A stretch of 20,000 nt of DNA. Origin: an uncultured virus (IMG/VR IMGVR_UViG_3300047157_000144) (lineage: Duplodnaviria > Heunggongvirae > Uroviricota > Caudoviricetes). A program made the position numbers and the translations under genes. Under the pieces are notes generated by a model. That model did no database searches and was not told where the DNA came from. It worked only from the letters and a program-made list of their open reading frames with translations. Shown piece by piece: positions 1-9,009 of this stretch. How positions within the stretch are numbered: position 1 is the first letter of the stretch; each line of letters opens with the position of its first letter. Location of the stretch: IMG/VR virus record IMGVR_UViG_3300047157_000144; one strand, 5' to 3'.

Positions 1-792
1 AGAACATATATTAGTCATATGAACTTTTAAACTATTAGCTTTATATGCTTTAGGATTTGCTTTATTAGTATTACCTTTAAACATTATATAAGGTTCACCT
101 GTAGCTTTTCTTTTCTGTAACAACTTACTCCATTTAGCTCTAGCATCAGGCTGTCCCTCTTCAAGTCTTCTCATAAACTTATCACCGATAATTGCACATT
201 GATGTAAATTTAATGATTGTCTATTAACATCACCTTTAGGTTCTCTAATTTCTAACCAATCTAAAAAGTCTGGGTGATCAATGTTTATATTAACAGATGC
301 AGCACCTCTTCTAACTGATCCTTGATTTGTAGCAAGTATAGTTGAATCATATATCTTACAGAATGGTACAACACCATCTGAAGTGCCATTCCCCGCTATA
401 GTAGCACCAGCTGGTCTAATCATATTTACACCAAGACCTACACCACCACCGTGTTTTGCAAGCAACATCATTTCGAGATTCTTATTACCTATATCCATAA
501 TGCTATCAGCAACATCGATACCAAAACAACTTATAGGCAAACCTCTATCAGTTCCAGTATTTGATAATACAGGCGAAGCTAAACAAAGCCACCCTTTCCA
601 TATATAATCAAAAAACTTATCTGCAAGTTCAGGTTTATACAATCTTCTAGCGACCGCGTTAGAAACTCTCCTGTAAGCGTCTTTAGGTGATTCGCCTTGT
701 AATAGATAACCACCAGCTATAGTCTTCTTATACACGTCCGTATCGCCCCAGGAGGGGTAGTCTACACCTTTCTTCCAATCGTTATTCCACAT
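1..792 (-). CDS. nrdA: Ribonucleotide reductase class I alpha subunit, N-terminal part (runs off window start)
   Basis: Manual translation from ATG at 792: MWNNDWKKGVDYPSWG...SPVLSNTG...LPISCF...GGGVG...NQGSVRRGA...TGEPY...MTNICS. The SC and NxC(xE) catalytic motifs are present, and the gene lies downstream of nrdB. Confidence 0.95.
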   Translation of the reverse strand, partial: MWNNDWKKGVDYPSWGDTDVYKKTIAGGYLLQGESPKDAYRRVSNAVARRLYKPELADKFFDYIWKGWLCLASPVLSNTGTDRGLPISCFGIDVADSIMDIGNKNLEMMLLAKHGGGVGLGVNMIRPAGATIAGNGTSDGVVPFCKIYDSTILATNQGSVRRGAASVNINIDHPDFLDWLEIREPKGDVNRQSLNLHQCAIIGDKFMRRLEEGQPDARAKWSKLLQKRKATGEPYIMFKGNTNKANPKAYKANSLKVHMTNICS

Positions 793-982
793 CTTCTTGT
801 TTTTCTTTCATTTGTTCTTCTAATTTCTTAATAGCTTCATCATAATCTGGCATATTTTTAATAGTTTGTAAAGTGCCAACCGACAAATCTCTAAGATTAG
901 TTAATTCCTGTAGAACACCCTGCATTAAAGCGCCAAGCTGTTCTATTTTTTTCCTCATTATTATTAGTTCTGATTCTTTCAT
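782..982 (-). CDS. Hypothetical coiled-coil protein (66 aa)
   Basis: ORF track; tightly packed, overlaps nrdA start. Confidence 0.7.
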   Translation of the reverse strand: MKESELIIMRKKIEQLGALMQGVLQELTNLRDLSVGTLQTIKNMPDYDEAIKKLEEQMKEKQEDVE

Positions 983-987
983 ATTTA

Positions 988-1167
988 TTATTTAATTCCG
1001 CAAGACGTAGTTATTAAGTGAACTACTTCATTTACGCACTCTTCGTTATCCACATATCTATTGCATTTTTCAACAGCGTATGTTTCAATTGTTTTTAAAT
1101 CACATTCAACTTCTGTTTTACTACAGCTTATTAAAGCTAATAGTAATAGACTACCAAATATCCTCAA
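988..1167 (-). CDS. Small putative lipoprotein (~59 aa, TTG start)
   Basis: MRIFGSLLLLALISC gives a signal peptide plus lipobox, and AGGAG lies 6 nt upstream of the TTG. The longer ORF-track version (to 1338) overlaps nrdB extensively. Confidence 0.55.
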   Translation of the reverse strand: MRIFGSLLLLALISCSKTEVECDLKTIETYAVEKCNRYVDNEECVNEVVHLITTSCGIK

Positions 1168-2119
1168 AATCTTCTCCTTCGTTTGCTTTAGAATAGTCAG
1201 TAGGCCTGATAGCAAAAAAATCGGTGTGAGTAACACCCCCAGTAAGATGATAAAACCAATCCAAAGTACTAGCGCTGGTTGCATCAAATCCAAAATGATT
1301 TGCTTCGTTTGTGTAACCGAGTTCAACGATTTTTTCATTTGCTCTTTTCTTTATAAAGTTTTTTAAATCTTCTTTCTTTAAATTTTCTATATCACCTTGT
1401 TCAAACATTTTATCGATATATTTTAATTCAAGGTCTACCATTATATCCGCAGCTTCAAGAACATGATCTTTACAATCTTCTTTTAGGTTTGGTGTTTCTT
1501 CACACATATGTCTAAACAATTGACAACCCATTTTTGAATGTAATGATTCATCTCTTACTGACCATTTCATTTGCTGGCCAATACCTTTAAGTAAGTTTCT
1601 AAGCTGAAAGCTATATAAAACAGCAAAAGCAGAGTATAACGAAACACCTTCAGCAAAAGCGCTAAAGACTGCCAAACTTTTGGCAATACCAATTTTATCT
1701 TTTCCTTCATAAGCAACTAAATTATCAAACCTGTCCGCTGTAGCTGGTTCATGTAAGAATGCTTCAAAGTCTTCAAGACCTAAAGTTTCATTCAAATATG
1801 AATACGCAACCGCGTGCACGGTTTCTTGTGAGCCAAATATCATGGCCATTTGTTTTATTTCATGTTTAGGAAACCAGTTTACTACATTTTGTGTCCAGTA
1901 ATCTGATACAGCACATTCTGTTTGTGCAAATCCTAATAATATATTACCAACTAAATGCTTTTCAGATTCAGTTAATCTTTCATTCCAATCTTTTACATCT
2001 CCAGACATACTAATTTCTGTGTGCAACCAAAAAGCTTGCGCTTGTGGTAACCAACCTTCGTTATAGTATTCTGGATAATCAAAAGGTTTGTATGCTACTC
2101 TTTCATCAAATAATCCCAT
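1151..2119 (-). CDS. nrdB: Ribonucleotide reductase class I beta subunit
   Basis: Ferritin-like dimetal motifs ETVHAVAYS, AEGVSLYSAF, RDESLH; FW near N-terminus; DFF near C-terminus. Confidence 0.96.
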   Translation of the reverse strand: MGLFDERVAYKPFDYPEYYNEGWLPQAQAFWLHTEISMSGDVKDWNERLTESEKHLVGNILLGFAQTECAVSDYWTQNVVNWFPKHEIKQMAMIFGSQETVHAVAYSYLNETLGLEDFEAFLHEPATADRFDNLVAYEGKDKIGIAKSLAVFSAFAEGVSLYSAFAVLYSFQLRNLLKGIGQQMKWSVRDESLHSKMGCQLFRHMCEETPNLKEDCKDHVLEAADIMVDLELKYIDKMFEQGDIENLKKEDLKNFIKKRANEKIVELGYTNEANHFGFDATSASTLDWFYHLTGGVTHTDFFAIRPTDYSKANEGEDFEDIW

Positions 2120-2120
2120 A

Positions 2121-2270
2121 TTAATCTTCTTTATCGTGTTTAATTATTTCTAAAGCTATATCTACAAACGGTAGATAAAGCACGTGTGAAACTACATCAT
2201 CTAAATCATACGATCTAATTCCTATAAGTATTCCTGGATATAAGCCTATAGATATTCTCCATACTTTCAT
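2121..2270 (-). CDS. Hypothetical protein (49 aa)
   Basis: Manual ORF MKVWRISIGLYPGILIGIRSY...; fills gap, ATGA overlap with upstream ORF. Confidence 0.65.
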   Translation of the reverse strand: MKVWRISIGLYPGILIGIRSYDLDDVVSHVLYLPFVDIALEIIKHDKED

Positions 2271-2407
2271 ATTCTGCCTTGACCCTTATAAGCCTTTTTG
2301 TAATTCCTACTTGACTTAACATTACTTGTTTTTGTTTTTGCGTGTATACCTTTTCTCCTAATCTTTTTTCTTTCTTGGAGTACAGACATCATTCCATTTC
2401 TAGCCAT
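2267..2407 (-). CDS. Small basic protein ending KKAYKGQGRI (46 aa)
   Basis: Manual ORF MARNGMMSVLQERKKIRRKGIHAKTK...; overlapping start/stop with neighbours. Confidence 0.65.
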   Translation of the reverse strand: MARNGMMSVLQERKKIRRKGIHAKTKTSNVKSSRNYKKAYKGQGRI

Positions 2408-2567
2408 AAACTTCTATATTATATTTTTTGTGAATCTCTATAAGCTCATTCCACCTAAGAAAGCCCCTGTTAATAGCCCACTTAATATGTTTTTCAACTT
2501 GTCTTTCTTTGTATTTTAATCTTGCTATTTTCTTTTGTTTCTCAGTATTTCTATAACCCTGTCGCAT
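2400..2567 (-). CDS. Hypothetical protein (55 aa)
   Basis: Manual ORF MRQGYRNTEKQKKIARLKYKERQVEKHIKW...; fills the gap, overlapping the endonuclease 3' end. Confidence 0.5.
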   Translation of the reverse strand: MRQGYRNTEKQKKIARLKYKERQVEKHIKWAINRGFLRWNELIEIHKKYNIEVYG

Positions 2568-2983
2568 TCTTTTTGGTTTTGTGGTTTAAAAAGAGTATAA
2601 CTAGGAAACTGCTCGGTAACTAATTTCTTAAACAACTTCCATCTAATAGGAAATGATTCATTAGGTCTACCTTTAGTTTCTATTATAAAGTTTTCACCAA
2701 TAAAATCTGGTGTGTACTTTATAGGTAATATTCTTTTTTCACCTCTGTTCATAAATTCGCCCTTTGAGTTTGCCTGTCTTTCATAAACTTCATTTTCAAA
2801 ATGAAATCCATTTAATAAAACAAAAGTTTCACCCTCGTACTTAGCTTTAATTTTTGCTTTTTGTAAAGCCATATACATATACTTTTCCAATCCTGAGGCA
2901 AAATTATGTCCATCATAACTAATTTTCCTAGATTGTACTGGCCCTCTTTTTTTCTTAGGGGCCTTCTTCCTTTTATAAAACAT
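2525..2983 (-). CDS. T7 endonuclease I-like Holliday junction resolvase
   Basis: FASGLE, YTPDF and IIETKG motifs (PD-(D/E)XK). Confidence 0.85.
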   Translation of the reverse strand: MFYKRKKAPKKKRGPVQSRKISYDGHNFASGLEKYMYMALQKAKIKAKYEGETFVLLNGFHFENEVYERQANSKGEFMNRGEKRILPIKYTPDFIGENFIIETKGRPNESFPIRWKLFKKLVTEQFPSYTLFKPQNQKECDRVIEILRNKRK

Positions 2984-3219
2984 TATTCTTTTGCTTTAAG
3001 ATCTCTTAAATAACATTCTTCAATTTCACTTTTTAATGCTTGTCTTGTTTTTTCTATATAGTTGACAGCATCCATTAACTCTTCTTGTATGTGTTGAAGC
3101 CATGTATCTAGTGGTTGGTCATCTTTATGTAAAGTAACGCCGTACTTTTTATAACCTACATCAGATCTGTTAATAAACTTTTTTACTACTGATTCTATAA
3201 TCTTATCTCTTATTTCCAT
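2983..3219 (-). CDS. Phage protein, possibly small all-alpha NTP-pyrophosphatase-like
   Basis: RSDVGYKKYGVTL...WLQHIQEELMDAVNY with an EExxD acidic helix. Confidence 0.6.
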   Translation of the reverse strand: MEIRDKIIESVVKKFINRSDVGYKKYGVTLHKDDQPLDTWLQHIQEELMDAVNYIEKTRQALKSEIEECYLRDLKAKE

Positions 3220-3220
3220 A

Positions 3221-3979
3221 TTAGTCTTTTACAAATGTTCCGTTTACCATTCTCCCAGTTCTACCAGAAATCTCATCATAAGCAGACTGCATACAAGTTT
3301 CAATTGAAACACCGTTGAGTTCGGCGAGATTAGTAAGAACAACAACGCTATCACCAATAGCATCGATAACACCTTCTTTATCATTGTTAAGAAGGGATTG
3401 CGATAATTCCCCTGTTTCTTCATATAATTTTATTAATTGTGTTTTAGCATCTCCTTTATCTAAGATACCTTTTTCTTTGGCCCATTGCCTTATAAGATCA
3501 AATAACTCAACTTTACCATGTTCTGGTTTAGCTTTGAATGCTTCATAAAAAGCTTTGTTATAAATATAAGTTCTGTCTTTGTCATACATAGACTTATATG
3601 AATTAGCTAGTATCCATTGAATTTGCTCTTTCTGTATTTTAAAATCACCTAATGGCGTTTGCCAACTTAACCCTATGTTTTTTTCGAGCATATCTTTAAG
3701 CCCTTTCTTTTTGCATGGGAATGTTGAGGTTTGCTCTGTTGCATTTATTTTCATTTTTTTATTTACTAAATTTTTATATAATGTTCTATCTACTTTGTAC
3801 CCATAAAACTTTTGAAGCTCTATTTCTCGCTTTGATATATAATTAATATCAGACGAAGAATCTAGAACTTCATATTCCCCAGGCTTATAGCCCTGCACAA
3901 GCGTAACTCTATTATTTAAATCACGTGTTACACCGATTTTTTTATTAGGTATATGATAAATATAATATATTTCTTCCAT
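3221..3979 (-). CDS. Multidomain protein: GIY-YIG-like N-terminus, central domain, C-terminal MazG-like pyrophosphohydrolase
   Basis: C-terminal QLIKLYEETGEL...DAIGDSVVVL...AYDEISGRTGRMVNGTFVKD (MazG-like); N-terminal YYIYHI...KIGVT. Confidence 0.75.
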   Translation of the reverse strand: MEEIYYIYHIPNKKIGVTRDLNNRVTLVQGYKPGEYEVLDSSSDINYISKREIELQKFYGYKVDRTLYKNLVNKKMKINATEQTSTFPCKKKGLKDMLEKNIGLSWQTPLGDFKIQKEQIQWILANSYKSMYDKDRTYIYNKAFYEAFKAKPEHGKVELFDLIRQWAKEKGILDKGDAKTQLIKLYEETGELSQSLLNNDKEGVIDAIGDSVVVLTNLAELNGVSIETCMQSAYDEISGRTGRMVNGTFVKD

Positions 3980-3986
3980 ATTTTTT

Positions 3987-4820
3987 TTATTTTCCTACAG
4001 ATAATTCTGCTTTAATAGCAGGACTGTGATTATATCCTTCTAATGTTATAGTATCTTTATTAGGAAGGAATACAAAATCATTTGCACCTTCTCTTAATTT
4101 TATACCGCCCCATTCCATTTTTAGTTTGGGTAAATCGTATTGCTTTGCAGCAATATACTCTTCTGCTTGTTTTAAATGATTGTTATATAAATGACAATCG
4201 CCTAAGCTAGCAATAAGAGTTCCAGCTTCATAACCTGCACCGTCTGCTATCATTTCTAATAACAAGCCATACATAGCTATATCATATGGTAATCCTAGAA
4301 ATACATCTGCACTTCTTTGTTGCCACATTAAGTCCAGTTTACCATCGTTATAAAATAACTGGAAGTTATAATGACAAGGAGGGAGTACCATATCGTGAAG
4401 ATCAGAAACGTTCCAAGCTGATACCATGAGTCGTCTACTGGTGGGATTTTCCCTAAGCTCCTGAAGCACCACTTGTAATTGATCGATGCCATTAGCATGA
4501 CGCCACTGGTGACCGTATACGGGACCAAGTTTTCTATCAGTCCTACCAGATCTTTGGTAATCAGGAATCCAATACTTGACACCGTTATCAATAAGATAGT
4601 CCAAGTCGCTTCTGCCTTCGACAATCCAAAATAATTCTGTTTTTGCATGATTAAATATAATTTTCTTTTTTGTTAGTAAAGGAAACCCAAGCTTCATATC
4701 GTGGTATAACATTCTACCAAATACAGCTCTTGTTCCTGTTCCAGTCCTATCTTCTTTAGGTTTACCTCCGTGTAATATACCGGACATTAAACCTGTGTAT
4801 TCATCTTCTATATTTCTCAT
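3987..4820 (-). CDS. thyA: Thymidylate synthase
   Basis: DRTGTGT, LGPVYGHQWR, SRR, LPPCH, QRSADVFLGLP, GDCHLY motifs. Confidence 0.97.
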   Translation of the reverse strand: MRNIEDEYTGLMSGILHGGKPKEDRTGTGTRAVFGRMLYHDMKLGFPLLTKKKIIFNHAKTELFWIVEGRSDLDYLIDNGVKYWIPDYQRSGRTDRKLGPVYGHQWRHANGIDQLQVVLQELRENPTSRRLMVSAWNVSDLHDMVLPPCHYNFQLFYNDGKLDLMWQQRSADVFLGLPYDIAMYGLLLEMIADGAGYEAGTLIASLGDCHLYNNHLKQAEEYIAAKQYDLPKLKMEWGGIKLREGANDFVFLPNKDTITLEGYNHSPAIKAELSVGK

Positions 4821-5082
4821 AATAGTACATACATGTTTTATACATCATTTGTTTGCATTCCACAGCCTTGTAGGACTCTGGAGATACATTTACTTTTTCT
4901 CCTTTTTTATAAGGGCCAATAATTACGGTTATATACCATTCTTTTGGTGCAGCACCTGTTGATATAGGCTGGTAAGATATTCTAATATTATTTCTAATAC
5001 AGAAATCATGAGCTGCTCTTTCTTCTGTTGTAGGAAAGTAACTGCCCATAATAGACTTTTTACGTTTTCTACCAACGTCCAT
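4801..5082 (-). CDS. Hypothetical protein (start 5082 or 5103)
   Basis: ORF track. The 5103 ATG abuts the GATAAT box of the promoter-like motif, so 5082 is a plausible true start. Confidence 0.65.
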   Translation of the reverse strand: MDVGRKRKKSIMGSYFPTTEERAAHDFCIRNNIRISYQPISTGAAPKEWYITVIIGPYKKGEKVNVSPESYKAVECKQMMYKTCMYYYEKYRR

Positions 5083-5103
5083 TGCATTTACTGTTCCTGC
5101 CAT

Positions 5104-5134
5104 ATTATCTTATTTAGTTCGTATTTGTTACGTA
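5104..5134 (-). promoter_or_regulatory. Repeated phage promoter-like motif, copy 1
   Basis: TACGT-AACAAA-TACGA-N9-GATAAT, directly after the primase-helicase stop. Confidence 0.75.
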
Positions 5135-6856
5135 TCATTCCCAAGGCATTATAGTATTTTCTGGTATAGGTTCTGAATGTGGTATATAACAACCAGACTT
5201 AGGTTCCCAAGTAAAGAATGCTTCTCCTCCGTTTTCACCTAAATTTTGAAACTTAACTTTTAATACTTTTATCTTTGTTGTTTTCTTTTCATAATCTCTA
5301 TGAACTAACAAACCGTGATAACTAGCATCATACCATTCACCTCCACCTTTAATGTTATACATCGTAGGCTCTTCAATTTTACCATTAGAATCTTTATACA
5401 TTTTAGTTGGGTGAGCAACTATTATAACTAGTACATCATATTTTTTAGCAAACATTTCAATTTTAGTTAAGTATTCTAATGTGTATACATTAACATCACC
5501 ATTGTTAGAATCTAAATCTCTAACTTTATTAAATGGATCAATCACAAGGCATTTAATACCTTTACGTTTTACAAGCTCAGCACCTTTCTTTAATACTGAA
5601 TCTAATGTATAACGTTCCATATCGATAAAATAAAAGTTATCGTTTATATATTCTGTTGTTTGTTCCCATTTGTCTTTACCAATATCAGATTTAGATGGCA
5701 TACCTTGCCAAGCTTTTCTCATTAGTTTATGGGCGTGTAAATAAGTGGGTGCATTTTCTGGTGATGCAAAAGCTGTCTTCCAGCTGTATTGTTGATTATA
5801 ACCTATTACCATTTGATCTACAAAATCTGATTTACCAGAAGATGGTATACCTGTAACAGTTATAAACTGTCCTGTATATGTAGAAAATATATCATCAAAG
5901 TTACGTAAACCTATTTGAAATCCTGGTTTAAAACCGTTTTCAACAAAGTCTACAACATCGCCTTCAATATCTTTAAAGGTTGTAACATTTTCAAGTGGCA
6001 CAGGACTAGATTTATCTATAACCTGTTTTAAAGAATCAACTCCATATTTAATTAAATATTCATTTGCGTCTTTACAATCTTTAAAAGAAGTTGTATAGCA
6101 AACCTCAGCACCTAGTCTTCTTATAAGCTCGTTTTTTAAAGCTACGCCTGGCTCATCGTTATCAACAGCTATGATTATCTTTTCAATGTTTGTAAAGTAA
6201 TCTATACAGTTATCTAAGTAATCTAAGTTGTTTGTGCCTAAGGTTGCGCCGTTTGGAACTGAAATAGCATTTGGTATACCTGCTTCATGCAAAGCTAGTA
6301 CATCAATTTCACCTTCAGTTATAACACAAAAAGAATGGCCTACAATAGCATCAATATTATAAAATACTTTTTCAGCACCTTTATAAAGCTTGAAGTTCTT
6401 GCGGCCATCTCTATACTTAATGTTGATGAGCTCACCACCCATCATATAATTAAATTTAATTGTGTTCTCCTCTTTAGAAGATTGTGGCATAAACTCAGGA
6501 CCCTCGGAAACATTTAAGTCTTCAAGAGTCTTCTGAGATATACCTCTACTATTAAACCACTCTACAACTTTTGAACCTACTGGTTTGTGGGTTTTAGCAG
6601 AAAAGTCGGGGCGAACATAAACCTTATCGCTTGTTCCTTTTCTTTTAAAAGTATGTAGCTGAAATGATGTATTACAATTATGACAAGTACCTAATCCTCT
6701 CTCCCAATCATAAGAAGCACACTTTTTCTTTTTATTCTCAGACTTTCTTGTGTGTGAACATAGAGGGCATGTACCTTCAGGTGCACCTACTTTTAAGTCG
6801 TGTTGATTAAATTGGTCGATCTGGAAACCATTGATTTCCGAATTATTTACTTGCAT
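5135..6856 (-). CDS. DNA primase-helicase (T7 gp4/Twinkle-like)
   Basis: Zn finger CPLC...CHNC, TOPRIM (TEGEID, DND), SF4 Walker A GIPSSGKS, Walker B LVIDP. Confidence 0.93.
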   Translation of the reverse strand: MQVNNSEINGFQIDQFNQHDLKVGAPEGTCPLCSHTRKSENKKKKCASYDWERGLGTCHNCNTSFQLHTFKRKGTSDKVYVRPDFSAKTHKPVGSKVVEWFNSRGISQKTLEDLNVSEGPEFMPQSSKEENTIKFNYMMGGELINIKYRDGRKNFKLYKGAEKVFYNIDAIVGHSFCVITEGEIDVLALHEAGIPNAISVPNGATLGTNNLDYLDNCIDYFTNIEKIIIAVDNDEPGVALKNELIRRLGAEVCYTTSFKDCKDANEYLIKYGVDSLKQVIDKSSPVPLENVTTFKDIEGDVVDFVENGFKPGFQIGLRNFDDIFSTYTGQFITVTGIPSSGKSDFVDQMVIGYNQQYSWKTAFASPENAPTYLHAHKLMRKAWQGMPSKSDIGKDKWEQTTEYINDNFYFIDMERYTLDSVLKKGAELVKRKGIKCLVIDPFNKVRDLDSNNGDVNVYTLEYLTKIEMFAKKYDVLVIIVAHPTKMYKDSNGKIEEPTMYNIKGGGEWYDASYHGLLVHRDYEKKTTKIKVLKVKFQNLGENGGEAFFTWEPKSGCYIPHSEPIPENTIMPWE

Positions 6857-6880
6857 ATAGTTTATTTCTTGTTGTGGTTC

Positions 6881-7192
6881 TTAAAATGGTAAATCATCTT
6901 GTGCAACCTGCTGCTTTGGCGCCGCTGCTTGTTGCTGATTATCCCTTGGTACAGGCTGTGGAAATTCTCCATCAGTCCATACAATAGTAGCATTACCTAG
7001 AAACGTTCTAGGCTCCTTAGCTTCTCGCTCTTCCTTAGACTGAGCAATAGCTACTGGTCCGTGATTACCATAGGCATCAACATCATTATTTACAGTAATA
7101 GTGATCGGTAGATACTGACCCTTTTTACCTTGAATAATTCTTGACTTATCTATAGCAGTAAGGTTTATACTTGTTTTAATAATTCCAGCCAT
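6881..7192 (-). CDS. Putative single-stranded DNA-binding protein
   Basis: Beta-rich N-terminus, Q/A/P linker, acidic DDLPF tail; located between recombination genes and primase. Confidence 0.7.
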   Translation of the reverse strand: MAGIIKTSINLTAIDKSRIIQGKKGQYLPITITVNNDVDAYGNHGPVAIAQSKEEREAKEPRTFLGNATIVWTDGEFPQPVPRDNQQQAAAPKQQVAQDDLPF

Positions 7193-7195
7193 TTC

Positions 7196-7363
7196 TTAAT
7201 ATGTTTGTAATTGTGAAAACATTCTTTGTAATTGACTTCTATTAGCGCCAGTTGCGCGTCTTAAATTGTCAACAGCTTTTACATGCGTTTGATTGCTGTA
7301 AAAGTTTTTCTCACTTGTTGTTACTCCTGTAACGCTACAAGTTCTTTTCTTTGTTCTTGCCAT
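7196..7363 (-). CDS. Hypothetical protein (55 aa)
   Basis: Manual ORF MARTKKRTCSVTGVTTSEKNFY...; exactly fills the gap. Confidence 0.7.
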   Translation of the reverse strand: MARTKKRTCSVTGVTTSEKNFYSNQTHVKAVDNLRRATGANRSQLQRMFSQLQTY

Positions 7364-7372
7364 AATATTAAA

Positions 7373-8116
7373 TTAAAGTGTTTTAGTTAAAAAAAATTGC
7401 GATGGATCAAAGCCATCTGTTTTAAAGAATAGTTCATATGATTCAGTAGCTCTAAGAACTTTATCTCTACCTGATTCATAGAATTCATCCGAACAATCAA
7501 ATATTCCTATTTGATGTGTTGTCTTATCCATTACGATAAATAACATATCATAACCAAACATCTCTTTATAGATATAAGCCTGACTGTCATAATTATATTT
7601 ATTTGCTGACCATTTAAATTTACTTACATCAGCACTGGTCTTGAGGTCTATAATAAGTTGCTCGTCCTCATTTATTATATCGGCTTTTCCTTTCCACATG
7701 TTACCGAACAATCTTACTATCCCGGGTTGTTCGTATTTGACACGTGCGCCTTTTCTTGAACCTCGTATATAATCTTTACATACATTGTTCTTTAGCAACT
7801 TTTCTCGCATTAATTCAATTTTGTCTGCTTCATGCTGAAGTAAACATAATTCACCCTCGGAAATTTCCTTATACTTTTTTGTATTTCTTGTAGAAGATTC
7901 GATGATTTTAAAATTATCAATCTTATCTGGTTCAAGTATACTAGTATGGAAATAACCCCCAACTAAAAAAGCAGAGCTCATAGGTGAGGGTGCTTTAAAG
8001 CTTAGTGGGTCTTTTAATAACGCGGATATGTCTGAGTTACTTAAATATTGCTTGCCAAACTTACCATAATAATGGTCGTCTGATTTAAGTTTTTCTAAGA
8101 CTTCGTCTTTTGTCAT
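7373..8116 (-). CDS. PD-(D/E)XK exonuclease (exonuclease VIII/DUF3799-like)
   Basis: LSNSDI, G..FHTSILEP, KGKADII, IIDLKTS, YDSQAYIY motifs. Confidence 0.85.
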   Translation of the reverse strand: MTKDEVLEKLKSDDHYYGKFGKQYLSNSDISALLKDPLSFKAPSPMSSAFLVGGYFHTSILEPDKIDNFKIIESSTRNTKKYKEISEGELCLLQHEADKIELMREKLLKNNVCKDYIRGSRKGARVKYEQPGIVRLFGNMWKGKADIINEDEQLIIDLKTSADVSKFKWSANKYNYDSQAYIYKEMFGYDMLFIVMDKTTHQIGIFDCSDEFYESGRDKVLRATESYELFFKTDGFDPSQFFLTKTL

Positions 8117-8650
8117 TTATAGTGTTGTTAATGATTTTTCTTGTTCAGGTGTCATAGTATACTTCTTTTTAATTTGAGCAACTTTGCCTCCTGACTTAAC
8201 ATATTCTTGAGCTTGTTTTAATTGAGCTGATGTCATAGTAGTAGCCGAAGCACCGTGTGTATTTGTAGCATCGGAATCTGCAGTGTCATCAATTAGCAAT
8301 AAATTACCTAAAGCATATTTCTTACCATAAGATGATGCGGAGCCAAATTGCTGTGGTGTTTGCATACCTTTCTGATTAAGATCCACACCTACAATAGCTG
8401 TTGCTGATATAAATGCTTCGCTTTCAGTGTCGTGAATTTGTGCTCTTGTCTCTATTACAGGAACAGTCAAATTTGACATTTGAAATTGCTCGTGAACAAC
8501 AAAGTATACTTTATACTTTTCATTGTACGGTTTTAATGCTTCAAGAATATCTTCGGCGGATCTGAAGTTGTACTTGCCGAAGGAGTTGTAACGTGATTTC
8601 TTACTTTTGAACTCTTTTTGTATTAAACTTAATTTTTGATATATTGTCAT
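8117..8650 (-). CDS. ERF-family single-strand annealing protein
   Basis: N.FGKYNFRSAEDILEALKP and QQFGSASSYGKKYALGNLLLIDD motifs. Confidence 0.88.
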   Translation of the reverse strand: MTIYQKLSLIQKEFKSKKSRYNSFGKYNFRSAEDILEALKPYNEKYKVYFVVHEQFQMSNLTVPVIETRAQIHDTESEAFISATAIVGVDLNQKGMQTPQQFGSASSYGKKYALGNLLLIDDTADSDATNTHGASATTMTSAQLKQAQEYVKSGGKVAQIKKKYTMTPEQEKSLTTL

Positions 8651-8685
8651 TGTCTATATATATTATTACGTGTTTTGTTAAAATG

Positions 8686-9009
8686 TTAATTTCCAAGCTT
8701 ATAGAATAACCAAGCTTGTTGTGATCTTGGCTTTGTTACTACTAAACTTGTGTTCCCAATGTGAAACAATAAGTCATACTCATCGTTTACATCTGTTCTG
8801 ATTACTCTTAACTCACCATCAACTATTTCTAGTTTACCTTGAGCTAATATCCCTTCTGTACTTCTCCTAGTGAATGTATCATTAGGTTGAATTATTAAAA
8901 GTTCTTGATCTAGGTTATACCAATTGCCATATAATTCTGGCGGAATTGAATTTGATTGCGTATAGCAAAAGCTAGTTGCCATCAAAAATGTAATTATTAA
9001 TTTTCTCAT
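8686..9009 (-). CDS. Secreted beta-rich (lipocalin-like) protein
   Basis: N-terminal signal peptide, LYGNW (GxW) motif, beta-strand pattern. Confidence 0.55.
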   Translation of the reverse strand: MRKLIITFLMATSFCYTQSNSIPPELYGNWYNLDQELLIIQPNDTFTRRSTEGILAQGKLEIVDGELRVIRTDVNDEYDLLFHIGNTSLVVTKPRSQQAWLFYKLGN

